NCBI RefSeq assembly: GCF_963921235.1
Contig: NC_086108.1
Span: forward strand, 17,174,001 to 17,238,000
Length of the DNA stretch: 64,000 nucleotides
DNA from: Mobula hypostoma
Taxonomy: Eukaryota
Direction of reading: 5' to 3'
Part shown: positions 39,201-48,117 of the stretch, in pieces
Position numbering within the stretch: the stretch's first letter is position 1
Layout: each line of letters begins with the position of its first letter
Position numbers and translations under genes: made by a program
The notes under the pieces: model-generated
The model's input: the letters and a program-made list of their open reading frames with translations, nothing else
What the model was told of the DNA's origin: nothing
The model's database searches: none

Positions 39201-42200
39201 GTTATTGCTGAACAACGGGATCACACCAGTTACTGAAAGCAAAAGCTCACATACTTTTTTCAACACATACATGTAATATTGGGTCATTTTTCTCAATAAC
39301 TAAATGAACAAGTATAATGTTTTGTGTTATTTATTTAATTGGCTTCTCTTTATCTAGTTTTCCGACTTATGTGAAGACCTAATCACATTTTAGGTCATAC
39401 TTAGCAGAAGTAGAGAAAATTATACAGGGTTCACAAACTTTCTAGCACTATGGTATACTACAATACTGTGCTTAAGCCATTTGCATAGTACTATAGTAAT
39501 TTTTCGTATTGCACTGTACTGCTGCAGCGACAAAAAACAAATTTTATGGCATATGTGAATGATGAAAAACCTGATTCTGATATGGATCTCTATTGTGGAC
39601 TGAGTGGGAAGGGGGCAGGCAGATGGAAATCATGTTTGGGAGAAGGGGAAGGGAGTGGGGAACACCAGAAAGATATTCTGTAATGATCAATAAAACAATT
39701 GTATGGAATCAAATGACCTTGCCTGGTGTTTCAAACTTGGGTGTATCTGCACTCTCTGCCACCTGTCCCACATCCCATCCATGGCACTCCACCCTCACCA
39801 TTCCCAACATCCTTTGCTCCCACCAGATTTTAAACTCAATCTCCACTCTACATTTATAAAGTCTTAAGTTCCCTAGCTATAAAATATATATGTCAGACTT
39901 TTGCACAATACAAATACTGTGAAGATCTATGAAAATGTTCACAGTGTTGGAAAAATTAATTTATACTATAATTGGCTGAGGTTAGTTTGCTTTGGGAAAG
40001 AGACAAATGAGATGCTTTCTTATTTGTTCATGAGATGCAAAGGTGCTGCCAGCATAGCATTTACTGTCCATCCCAATCTGCCTCTGAAATGAGAAAATAG
40101 TTCAGAGATGGGCCTGGGGTAAGAATAAACCAGATTATTCTTTTTCTTTCAATAGCAATCTAGTTATCAGACTTTTTTTTCCGTCCGCCTGCTGCGAAGG
40201 GACTTATGCCAATTCAGTAACTTGAATGATAATAGCCTTACTTAAACTTAAGTTATTTAACAATATAGGACACCCAGGTGGCATCAACAGTAAGGGCTGT
40301 GCAGAATGCTTAACAACGAGAGGACATACAGTACAGTACAAGTCTTAGGCACATACAGCTGGGATGCCTAGGACATTTGCATAGTAGTGCAATGTGGAGT
40401 GGAGCGTGAGTTTATAAATCTGCCGGGAGCAAAAAGTGTTGGGAATGGTGAGGGTGGAGTGTGTGGGAGGGGTGTGGGACAGGTGGCAGGGAAGGAGTGC
40501 AGACACATCCACCCCTGAAACACCAGGCAAGGTCATTTGATTCTAAACAATTGGTTTATTGATCATTACAGAATGTCCCTCTGGTGCTTCCCACCCCCTT
40601 TCCCTTTTCCCAACTATGATGCCCTCAATCACCTGCCCCCCCCCCACCTCCCACGACCAATAGAGACGCACATCAGAGTCAGGGTCATTATTGAATCGAA
40701 TTGACTGTATTTCTTACATCTTTCACATACATGAGTAAAAATCTTTACATTATGTCTCCATCTAAATGTGTAATGTGCAATCATAGTAATTTATAATAAA
40801 TTTCTATTTTCAATTGTTCTCAGTCAATGTAACATGGTCCAGGCTTTTATGCTATGGTACCGTTTCCCGGATGGTAGCAGCTGGAATAGATTGTGATTGG
40901 GGTGACTCGGGTCCCCAGTGACCCTACACACCTTTTTACATACCTGTCTTTGTAAATGTCCTGAATCATGGGAAGTTCAAAACTACAAATGCACTGGGCT
41001 GCCCGCACCACTCTCTGCAAAATTCTGTGATTAAGGGAGTAACAGTTCCCATACCAGGCAGTGATGCAGCTCTCAATTGTGCTCCTGTAGAAAGTTCTTA
41101 GGAATTGGGGGCCCATGCCGAACTTCCTCAACCGTCTGAGGGGAAAGAGGTGCTGTTGTGCCTTTTTCACCACACAGCTGGTGTGTACAGACCACATGAG
41201 GTCCTCGGTGATGTGGATGCTGAGGTTAGAGCTGTTTACCCTCTCACCCCCATCTCCATTCCTCCTGTAATCCACAACCAGCTCCTTTGTTTTGTGACAT
41301 TGAGGGAGAGGTTGTTTTCTTGACACCACTGTTTCAGAGAGATGACTTCTTCCCTGTAGGCCACCTCGTTATTGTTTGAGATTAGGCTGATCAATGTAGT
41401 GTCGTCTCTTCTTAATTAGCAGATTAAAACTGTCATGGGTATACAGGGAATAAAGGAGGGGACTTATTAGCATTTACTTGTATATGTCATGAATTTTTTT
41501 TTTGCAGCTGTACTGTGCAATGCATAAAATTAGCACCGTATTGTGCAAAAGTCTTCAGCACCCTAGCTATATAATTTTTGTACAGTATTGTAGTTTTGAG
41601 GTAAATGGTGGAACTAGTGCACAATCTAGGAAAAAAAATTAACTCAGAGCTTGGTTACCTTCCTTATCCAAAGAGAAACTCCTGGCACATATGAAATATT
41701 CTTGGATTTGCATTTGATGCAATGTCATCTACAGGTTAATAACTGAGAAGAGGAATTCACTGAAATGGCAATTTTTTTTCCCAGCTGAATGGAAACCACA
41801 AAGCAATAAATTTGAGATGTTTCAATGAATTATAAACTATAGTGAAAATCTTGCTACCTGAAATCATTTGCATTTCTGTGGCAAGTTACATCAGCAGCCT
41901 TTGAAGAGGCTTTGACAGGCAACAACTCCATGGACCTTAGGGCAGGGGTTCCCAACCTGGGGTCTATGGTAGAAACACATGGATTTGACACAAACACTCT
42001 TACTGGTCATTAGCGGATTTAGTTAATTAATCAAAACTGACAGAATGATGTTATAAGTGACTAAAGGGAATATCAAAAACAGTGCACCTGCAGTTAAAGG
42101 ATATTAATGGTCTCGTCAAGATCCTCCAAGTCCCACTCAATACTACGAAGACTGTTCCTCAGCTCATTGGTTGTCCAGTCACACTCTTCCTTGCTGGCTG

Positions 42201-42901
42201 AAGAGGGATCAGTAAGGAGTTCAGTCCATCGTTGGTACAGTCCTTGGGACGTATTCACTGCTTTTTGTACCTCACTGCAAGGATACATTAGTAAACTGAT
42301 ACGTTTTGGCACCTATCAAACAGTAAAGTCTACATAAGGGGAGAGGAGTCCATGGGAGAGGGAGATAGGGCATTTGAGGGGAGGGAGGATTTCGGGGAAA
42401 CTTAGGTGGAGAGTTGAGTACACTGGTAGGGAAAAGACTGTCAGGAGAAGGAGACTGGCTAGGAAGAAACTATTTGGGGAGGGTGGGGAAGTTGGGAGAG
42501 CTGTTGGGAATGAGGGCACTTTCGGAGTGGACTAGGGGAGAAGGGGGTGCTAGGGCGTCACGGGGGTGGGTTGATCACGGGGGAATGGATAATAGGGGAG
42601 GGGATCACAGGCGGGGTGCGGTGGGGGAGGGTATCAGCGACAATCACGGTGTGAGGGTGTGGATCGCGGTGTTGGACGGGTAGGAGATTACCGATGAAGG
42701 ATATCACGAAGGGAGCGATGGTGTGAGGAAACGGATTGTTGCGGGAGAAGGAAGGTTGGGGTTGTTGTGGGTAGGGACGTGGTTAGGGATGAGGGATGAA
42801 GGAAGGGTGCTGGGGTCTTTGAGGCCGGTTCGAGCTCCATCCGCTTCAGCAGACGGCGTTGCTAACCCTTTCACAACGAAGAAGGGATCTTCCAACGACA
42901 T
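6206..42901 (-). CDS. STX6: Syntaxin-6, spliced CDS join(42867-42901,42105-42274,33762-33856,32009-32071,31429-31551,30618-30724,25554-25648,6206-6282); 765 nt, 254 aa
   Basis: Exons translate to [19 protein letters not shown]...[18 protein letters not shown]...[92 protein letters not shown]. This is the syntaxin-6 N-terminal helical domain, Qc-SNARE motif and C-terminal TM anchor. Exon phases join in frame. Adjacency to IER5 favours STX6 over paralog STX10. Confidence 0.95.
6989..8564 (-). mobile_element. Tigger/pogo-type DNA transposon, internally deleted, retaining transposase C-terminal remnant
   Basis: TA TSDs 6987-6988 and 8565-8566; imperfect TIRs CAGGTTTCCCCCGC / CAGGTGTCCCCTGC; minus-strand ORF 7752-8096 with [23 protein letters not shown], typical of a Tigger C-terminus. 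Confidence 0.8.
7483..7794. repeat. Palindromic MITE-like insert (hAT/Charlie-like end CAGTGGTCCCCAACC) nested in the Tigger element
   Basis: Near-perfect inverted arms 7551-7645 / 7655-7749; looser outer complementarity. Confidence 0.8.
10282..10430 (-). mobile_element. Penelope 3'-tail fragment
   Basis: cagatgctggaaatcc...caacacacacaaaatgctg...caggccagg...agcatctatgga, same family as 13590-13675. Confidence 0.65.
11510..12810 (+). mobile_element. Rex1/Babar-like LINE 3' fragment, with a nested minus-strand Rex1-like 3' end (12044-12470)
   Basis: ORF 11599-11841: [22 protein letters not shown]...INGAEVE...FKFFGVNI...LSW; nested copy begins with a (CAGAAT)n tail. Confidence 0.7.
12906..13682 (+). 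mobile_element. Penelope-like element, 5'-truncated (GIY-YIG endonuclease + 3' tail)
   Basis: ORF 12952-13224: [30 protein letters not shown] (GIY-YIG); pyrimidine-rich tail; hammerhead motif. Confidence 0.88.
13549..13584 (+). ncRNA. Minimal type-I hammerhead ribozyme motif in Penelope 3' tail
   Basis: AGTC-CTGATGA-A-GGGT(CTCG)GCCC-GAAA-C-GTC|GACT: conserved core, stems I and II, loopless palindromic stem III (ACGT). Confidence 0.7.
13685..14171. mobile_element. Non-autonomous Tc1-like element fragment (contains a short CR1 tail at ~13840-13937)
   Basis: Ends caggtgtac...aataaagcggtcgctaagtg-TA, resembling a Tc1-type TIR; family recognised by eye only. Confidence 0.4.
15330..16275 (+). mobile_element. 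Highly degraded Penelope-like element
   Basis: [20 protein letters not shown] remnants; tail ttcccagcattc...tttcagacttgcagcat. Confidence 0.6.
16290..17657 (+). mobile_element. Rex1/Babar-like LINE (RT to 3' UTR); 3' end resumes at 20167-20470
   Basis: [16 protein letters not shown]...[25 protein letters not shown] remnant; [16 protein letters not shown]. Confidence 0.85.
17658..20166 (+). mobile_element. L1-clade LINE ORF2 fragment (end of APE endonuclease, RT), truncated at both ends
   Basis: [68 protein letters not shown]; one reading frame with a single nonsense codon at 19124-19126. Confidence 0.93.
21122..21620 (+). mobile_element. Short internally deleted copy of the same Tigger family as 6989-8564, opposite orientation, distal TIR missing
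   Basis: TA|CAGGTGTCCCCTGCTTT; body is the reverse complement of parts of 7010-7230 and 8450-8564; stops at cttcggaggg where CR1 begins. Confidence 0.8.
22784..23067 (+). mobile_element. 3' end of a second CR1 family nested in the CR1 above
   Basis: [22 protein letters not shown]; (TTTCTATC)n tail; TAAGA duplicated at 22779-22783 and 23068-23072; host frame [17 protein letters not shown] is restored on removal. Confidence 0.85.
24263..24413. mobile_element. Short inverted Penelope-tail insertion in CR1
   Basis: TSD GTATTGAGTATAAGA (24248-24262) / GTACTGAGTGTAAGA (24414-24428); left part antisense, right part sense. Confidence 0.8.
25106..25220. mobile_element. Short inverted Penelope-tail insertion
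   Basis: Perfect 14-bp TSD TCTGATACTGAGCA (25092-25105, 25221-25234); antisense then sense segments. Confidence 0.85.
25554..25648 (-). CDS. STX6: STX6 exon 7 (SNARE motif, C-terminal half)
   Basis: cccacag|TATG; 95 nt ([31 protein letters not shown]); G|GTAAGT. Confidence 0.95.
26125..27876 (+). mobile_element. Tigger/pogo transposon, decayed (CENP-B HTH + first DDE Asp), with an unrelated internal insertion ~27160-27640
   Basis: TA-flanked imperfect TIRs CAGTGGATTCC..TAATTGGG; ORFs 26469-26681 and 26620-27165: [33 protein letters not shown]. Confidence 0.85.
28690..30535 (-). mobile_element. CR1 LINE RT to 3' end, degraded
   Basis: [35 protein letters not shown] remnants. Confidence 0.85.
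30618..30724 (-). CDS. STX6: STX6 exon 6 (SNARE motif, N-terminal half)
   Basis: cacatag|TTGATC; 107 nt ([36 protein letters not shown]); GT|GTGAGT. Not captured in frame by the ORF track; read manually. Confidence 0.95.
31429..31551 (-). CDS. STX6: STX6 exon 5
   Basis: gtgcag|GCACTG; 123 nt (ALLSARG...[26 protein letters not shown]); CAG|GTAACC. Confidence 0.93.
32009..32071 (-). CDS. STX6: STX6 exon 4
   Basis: ttacag|GAAATG; 63 nt ([21 protein letters not shown]); CAG|GTGTGT. Confidence 0.93.
32340..32705 (-). mobile_element. Rex1-like LINE 3' fragment
   Basis: gggcatggcctgggt...ctttgatgatggatgctgctttt, similar to 51340-51400. Confidence 0.6.
33762..33856 (-). CDS. STX6: STX6 exon 3
   Basis: Acceptor cacattac|GCATCGTG (AC end); 95 nt ([32 protein letters not shown]); donor AAG|GTAAGC. 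Confidence 0.95.
34916..39453 (+). mobile_element. Tc1 transposon with long (~210 bp) TIRs and a dead DD34E transposase (38217-39236); left TIR split by a CR1 insertion
   Basis: TA|CAGTGGTGCTAGGAAGTTTGTGAAC ... [59 protein letters not shown] motifs with stops and frameshifts. Confidence 0.9.
35018..37943 (-). mobile_element. CR1 LINE (ORF2 endonuclease + RT + tail) nested in the Tc1 left TIR
   Basis: ORFs 35681-36424 ([31 protein letters not shown]) and 37109-37414 (MGDFNFP, DSDH); TIR sequence resumes at gataaagag 37944. Confidence 0.93.
39590..40665. repeat. Inverted pair of a ~270-bp unclassified repeat (39590-39852 and 40390-40665)
   Basis: aatcaaatgaccttgcctggtgtttca...cactccaccctcaccattcccaaca versus its reverse complement at 40430-40545. 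Confidence 0.8.
40690..41460 (-). mobile_element. Rex1/Babar-like LINE 3' fragment
   Basis: [47 protein letters not shown]. Confidence 0.85.
42105..42274 (-). CDS. STX6: STX6 exon 2
   Basis: Acceptor ttgcag|TGAGGTA; 170 nt ([16 protein letters not shown]...EDLDETI); donor ATTA|ATATCCTTT (U12-type). Confidence 0.95.
42867..42901 (-). CDS. STX6: STX6 coding exon 1 ([12 protein letters not shown])
   Basis: ATG at 42901; 35 nt; donor AAAGG|GTTAGC. Confidence 0.95.
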
Positions 42902-43070
42902 GTCGACGACTGATGGCTGGGCTCCGCCTCTCCCACGGCCGATCTCCGCTCAGTACTTGCCCGTCAGCACCATCTTGCCACCTCCGGCCGCCAACAAGCA
43001 CTACCGGGTCAGAGGGTGCGCGTTGCCCTGGTTACGAGGGGAAGCGCCCTCTGATTGGCCTGCCGCAGTC
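42902..43070 (-). promoter_or_regulatory. STX6 CpG-rich 5' UTR/core promoter with NF-Y CCAAT box and RFX X-box
   Basis: CpG-dense; GGCCAATCAG on the minus strand at 43051-43060; GTAACCAGGGCAAC (GTNRCC-N2-RGYAAC) at 43022-43035; CAAGATGG (YY1-like core) near 42970. Confidence 0.7.
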
Positions 43071-44782
43071 CTTTTCCAACCTCACTCCTTCCGAGGCTCT
43101 GCTCTCCATTCCGTCCACACTAATCCTAAACTCACCATCAAACCCGCAGATAAGGGAGGTGCTGTCCTGATCCCTACCTAGCGGAGGCCCAACGTCAACT
43201 CTCTTCCCTCTCGAACAGGACTCCACTAAGGAACAGCAGGTCATCGTCGCCCACACCATCGCCAACCTTATTGACTCTGGGGATCTCCCATCCATCGCCA
43301 ACAACCTCATAGTTCCCGCAGACTGCACCTCCTGTTTCTACCTCCTACCCAAGATCCATAAACCCGCTTGTCCAGGTAGAACCATTGTTTCAGCTTGTTC
43401 CTGCCCCACTGAACTCATATCGGCTTACCTCGACTCTGTTTTATCCCCCTTCGTTCTGACCCTCCCTAGCTGTGACACCTCACACGCTCTTGATCTTTTC
43501 AACGATTTCAAGTTCCCGGGCCCCCATCATCTCATTTTTACTATGGATGTCCAGTCCCTAATCACCTCCATCCCCCTGTAGGAAGGCCTCAAAGCTCTCC
43601 GTTTTTTTTCCCTGGACACCAGACCGAACCAGTTCCCCTCCAGTTCCACTCTCCTTCACCTAGCGGAATTTGTCCTCACTCTCAATAATTTCTCCGTTGG
43701 GTTCTCCCATTTCCTTCTAACAAAAGATGTAGCCATGGGCACTCACATGGGTCCCTGCTATGCCTGTTGGTTCGTTGGCTACGTGGAACAGTCTGTGTCC
43801 CAAGCCTGCACAGGTGATCGTCCTGTACTTTTCATGCGCTACATTGGTGCTGTTTCCTGCATCCGTGCTGAACTCGTCGACTTCATCCACTTTGCCTTCA
43901 ACTTACACTCTGCCCTCAAATTTACCTGGTCTATTTCTGACACCTCCCGCCCCTTTCTCGATCTTACTGTCCCTATCTCCGGAGACAGCGTATCCATTGA
44001 TGTCTACTGCAAACCCATGGACTCTCACAGCTACCTAGACTACACTTCATCCCACCCTACTACGCCATCCCCTTTTCTCAATTCCTCCGTCTCCGCCGCA
44101 TCTGCTCTCCGGATGAGGCTTTTCATTCTGGAACGAAGGATATGTCTTCCTTTTTCAAAGAAAGGGGCTTCCCTTCCTCCATCGTCCACGCTGCCCTCAA
44201 CCGTATCTCATCCATTTCACGCATGTCTGCTCTTACCCCATCATCCCGCCACCCTACCAGGGATGGGGTTCCTCTTGTCCTCACCGCCTCCGCGTCCAGC
44301 ACATAATTCTCCGAAACTTCCGCCACCTCTAACAGGCTCCCACCACCAAGCACATATTTCCCTCCCCCCTCACTTTGTGCTTTCGGCAAAGATCGTTCCC
44401 TATGCGACTCCCTCGTCCATTCGTCCCTCCCCACTGATTTTCCTCTTGTTACCCTTGCAAGCGGAACAAGTGCCCCTACACCTCCTCCTTCACTACCATC
44501 CAGGGCCCTAAACAGTCCTTCCAGGCAAGGCGACACTTGACTGTTAGCGGATTTGACTCTGTGGCCGGTGTTCCCGGTGTGGCCTCCTGTACATCAGTGA
44601 GACCCGACATAGATTGGGAGACCGCTTCGTCGAGCATCTACGCTCCGTTCGCCAGAACAAGCGAGATCACCCAGTGGTCACCCATTTTAATTCCACTTCT
44701 CATTCCCATTCCGGTATGTCCATCCATGGCCTTCTCCACTGTCGTGATGAGGCCACACTTAGGCACAACACATTATATTCCG

Positions 44783-45390
44783 GTATCTCCCAGTGGCCAC
44801 ACATTTTAATTCCACATCCCATTCCCATTCTGACATGTCTATCCACGGCCTCCTCTACTGTAGAGATGAAGCCACACTCAGGTTGGAGGAACAACACCTT
44901 ATATTCTGTCTGGGTAGCCTCCAACCTGATGGCATGAACATTGACTTCTCTAACTTCCGCTAGGCCCCACCTCCCCCTCGTACCCCAGCTGTTACTCCTT
45001 TTTATGCACACATTCTTTCTCTCACTCTCCTTTTTCTCCGTCTGTCCCTCTGAATATACCTCTTGCCCATCCTCTGGGTCACACCCCCCTTGTCTTTCTT
45101 CCCGGACCTCCTGTCCCATGAACCTCTCGTATCCGCTTTTGCCTATCACCTGTCCAGCTCTCGGCTCTATCCCTCCCCCTCCTGTCTTCTCCTATCATTT
45201 TGCATCTCCCCCTCCCCCTCCAGCTTTCAAATCCCTTACTCACTCTTCCTTCAGTTAGTCCTGACGAAGGGTCTCGGCCTGAAACGTCGACTGCGCCTCT
45301 TCCTATAGATGCTGCTTGGCCTGCTGCGTTCACCAGCAACTTTGATGTATGTTGCTTGAATTTCCAGCATCTGCAGAATTCCTGTTGTTT
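44783..45390 (+). mobile_element. Younger 5'-truncated Penelope copy nested in the older one
   Basis: 13-bp TSD ACATTATATTCCG at 44770-44782 and 45391-45403. Confidence 0.85.
45257..45292 (+). ncRNA. Minimal type-I hammerhead ribozyme motif in Penelope 3' tail
   Basis: AGTC-CTGACGA-A-GGGT(CTCG)GCCT-GAAACGTC|GACT. Confidence 0.68.
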
Positions 45391-46446
45391 ACATTATATT
45401 CCGTCTGGGTAGCCTCCAACCTGATGGCATGAATATCGATTTCTCGAACTTCCGGTAATGCTCCCCGCCCCCCCCCCCACCTCATCTCACTAATCAACCT
45501 CCCAGCTCTTTATTTCATCCCTCCTCCTCTTCCAGGTTTCACCTATCACCTGATGGTTCTCTCTCCCTCTTAAATCTACTCAGCTTCCTTTTTCTTCAGT
45601 CTTGCCGAAGGCTTTCGGCCCGAAACGTCGGCTGTACTTTTTTCTCCATAGGTGCTGCCTGGCCTGCTGAGTTCCTCCAGTATCTGGTGTGTGTTGCTCG
45701 GATTTCCAGCATCTGCAGATTTTCTCTTGATTGCAGACCTATTCCTCTGTCATTAACAAGCCTTTTCCCTCTCCATGACCCTGTGATCAACACCATAACG
45801 GCGTGTCTTTGTGGGGGGTTCTTCAAATCATTCAACAGAAGCGGATTGAATATATAATTCCTCCTTGTCCTGCTAATGTTGGTACAATTTTTCAAAGAAC
45901 CCAAACAAATTTCTGTATCTCTATCCTCCCAACTTTTACCAATCAGCTATTCCCCCATATAAAACATAGAACAGTACAGCACCTTTTGTCCTCCATCTTT
46001 TGCTGAACTAATTAATTAAACACCTACGTAAATGAAAACACTTCTTTCGTGGTGTATTCTCTGCACATTCACGGGCCAGTCTAGGCACTATTTAAATACC
46101 TCCATCTTATCTGCCTCCACTAATGTCCTTGACGGTGCCAGGTATCCACCACTCAGTGTGTAAAAAAAACACTTGTCACCACACATCTCCTTTAAACTTA
46201 CTGCGTGTCCTCTAGTATTATACATTTTCACCCATTTCAAATATTTTTTCTCACTAATATTAAAAGCATTAAAAATGAGATTAAAAACATATGGTTGTAA
46301 ATCTTTTAATGTTTAAGGTTTTGAAATCCAGAGTAGGGATAGAATCTTTTCATTCAGAAACTGATTGTGCTTTCAGGGTAATTACAATGAGTAAACAGAG
46401 GAGGCAGGTACTCTTGCTATGGACAGTGATTGCATTCGTGTGTATT

Positions 46447-46465
46447 TGTGTGTGTGTGTGTGTGT
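46447..46465. repeat. (TG)n microsatellite
   Basis: tgtgtgtgtgtgtgtgtgt. Confidence 0.9.
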
Positions 46466-46482
46466 AGAACAACATCTAATTA

Positions 46483-46803
46483 TAAGGGGTGATTGACATG
46501 TTCGTGACCTAAGGTAGAAGGAGTCAATTTTAGAAAACCTAGCACATTTATTTTTCAACATAGTCCCCTCCTACATTTACACACTTAGTCCAGCGGTTGT
46601 GGAGCATACGGATCTTGGACCTCCAGAAAGTGGTCCACAGCAGGGTGATTGATAAGTTCGTGGCCTAATATAGAAGGAGATGAGTTATACAGCTCTCGTT
46701 ACATGCACATTCAGGTCAACTCTTTCAGTGATTATGCAGAAAGGTTGAAGTTAATAATCCATCTCCTTCTACCTTAGGCCACGAACTTATCAATCACCCC
46801 TCG
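46483..46803. mobile_element. Mariner-type MITE
   Basis: TA-flanked ~40-bp TIRs AGGGGTGATTGAYAWGTTCGTGRCCTAAGGTAGAAGGA; third TIR-like copy internally at ~46642-46680. Confidence 0.85.
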
Positions 46804-46844
46804 TACAAAAACTACTGCCCGCTAGCAGTGACCTCGATTGACTC

Positions 46845-47910
46845 CTGTAGAATACAGCACAGGAACAGGCCCTTTGGCCTAAAATATTATGCTGAAATAA
46901 ATAAATTAGTAATCAAGTGCCCAACTAAACTAATACCTTCTGCCTACACAACATCCATGTCTTTCCACTTCCTGTCTATTTGTGTGCCTATCTAAGAGCT
47001 TCTTGGACATCTCTTAATGATTTAGCCTTCTCTCCACCCCAGGCAGCACATTCCAGGCACCCACCACTCTCTGTGTAAACACAAACTTGTCCCATACATA
47101 TCTCATTTGAACTTAACTCCTCTCATCTTAAATGCATGACCTCTGGTATTAGCCATTTCAACCCAGGGAAAAGATAGAGGCTTTCAACTGCATCTCTGCC
47201 TCCCATAATTTTTTAAGTCTTTTTCCAATCTCTCCTCAGCCTCTGGTGCTCCAGATAAAACAACCCATGTTTGTCTAACCTCTCATTATAGTACCTGCCC
47301 TCTAATCCTGCCAGCATCCTCATAAACCTCTTCATAAACCTTGACATCCTTCCAATAATGAGGCAAAAAGCTGAATGCAAAACTCCAGATGAGGTCTAGC
47401 TAGAGGTTTATAAAGCTGCATCACAAGTTCTGACTAACTCAGTTCATTGAATATGCCATATCACTTGTTTACCACTCCATCAATTTGTGTAGTCATTCTC
47501 AGGGAGCTCTGGACTGAGAACCTAAGATCCCTCTGCACATTAACTCTGTTAAGGGTCTTGCTTTTAACAATGTCCTGTCCCTTTACATTTGTTCCCCTAA
47601 ATGCAACACTTCTCATTCCGTCAGATTAAACTCCATCTGCCATTTCTCCACCTACATCTGCAACTGATCTATAACCCGTTGTATTCTTTCCCAGCTTCTG
47701 TGCTATCCATGATCCACCAGTCTTGTATTGTCTGCAAACTTACTAACCCATCCATTTAAGTTTTCATCCAGGTAATTTATCTATATCACAAACAGCGGAG
47801 GTTCCTGTGGAACACCATTAGTCACAGACCTCCAGCTGGATAAGTCACATCATCTATACCCATCAACAAAGAGCAAGCCAATTCTGAACCCAAATGGCCA
47901 AGTCATTGCC
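46845..47910 (-). mobile_element. Degraded CR1 LINE 3' region
   Basis: agaatacagcacaggaacaggccc tail; tctgcaaactt (KFAD) and ggaacaccattagtcac (VTxGVP) remnants. Confidence 0.7.
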
Positions 47911-48117
47911 CCACATAAAGCCAAGCTGTCTGTCCTTAATTAGGTGGCGATTTTCCAAATATCATTAATCCCATCAAGTTCAAATTCAGTTTATTGTAAT
48001 CCAACTGTGCACACACATACTGCCAAACAACATTCCTCCGGACCAAGGTGCACAATACACACACACAAAATGCATAAAGTAATATTACCACAAATAAATT
48101 AACAAATAAGAAGTGCA

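Larger units (their letters stand above)
33857..42104 (-). other. STX6: STX6 intron 2, U12-type (minor spliceosome) AT-AC intron
   Basis: 5' end ATATCCTTT; branch-point-like TTTGCCTCAAC at 33867-33877; terminal AC at 33858-33857; joins exons 2 and 3 in frame (A|GC = Ser). Confidence 0.93.
43071..45730 (+). mobile_element. Penelope-like element (RT + GIY-YIG + tail), decayed, containing a nested younger copy
   Basis: LTIKPADKGGAV, FYLLPKIHK, MDVQSL, AMGTHMGPCYA, YCKPMDSHSYLDY, LGDRFVEHLRSV. Confidence 0.9.

Noticed and set aside
42723..43181. 152-aa + strand ORF spanning the STX6 promoter into Penelope RT (LTIKPADKGGAV)
   Set aside because: Starts at GTG, is antisense to exon 1 in GC-rich DNA and stops just inside the dead RT; no support for a fusion protein
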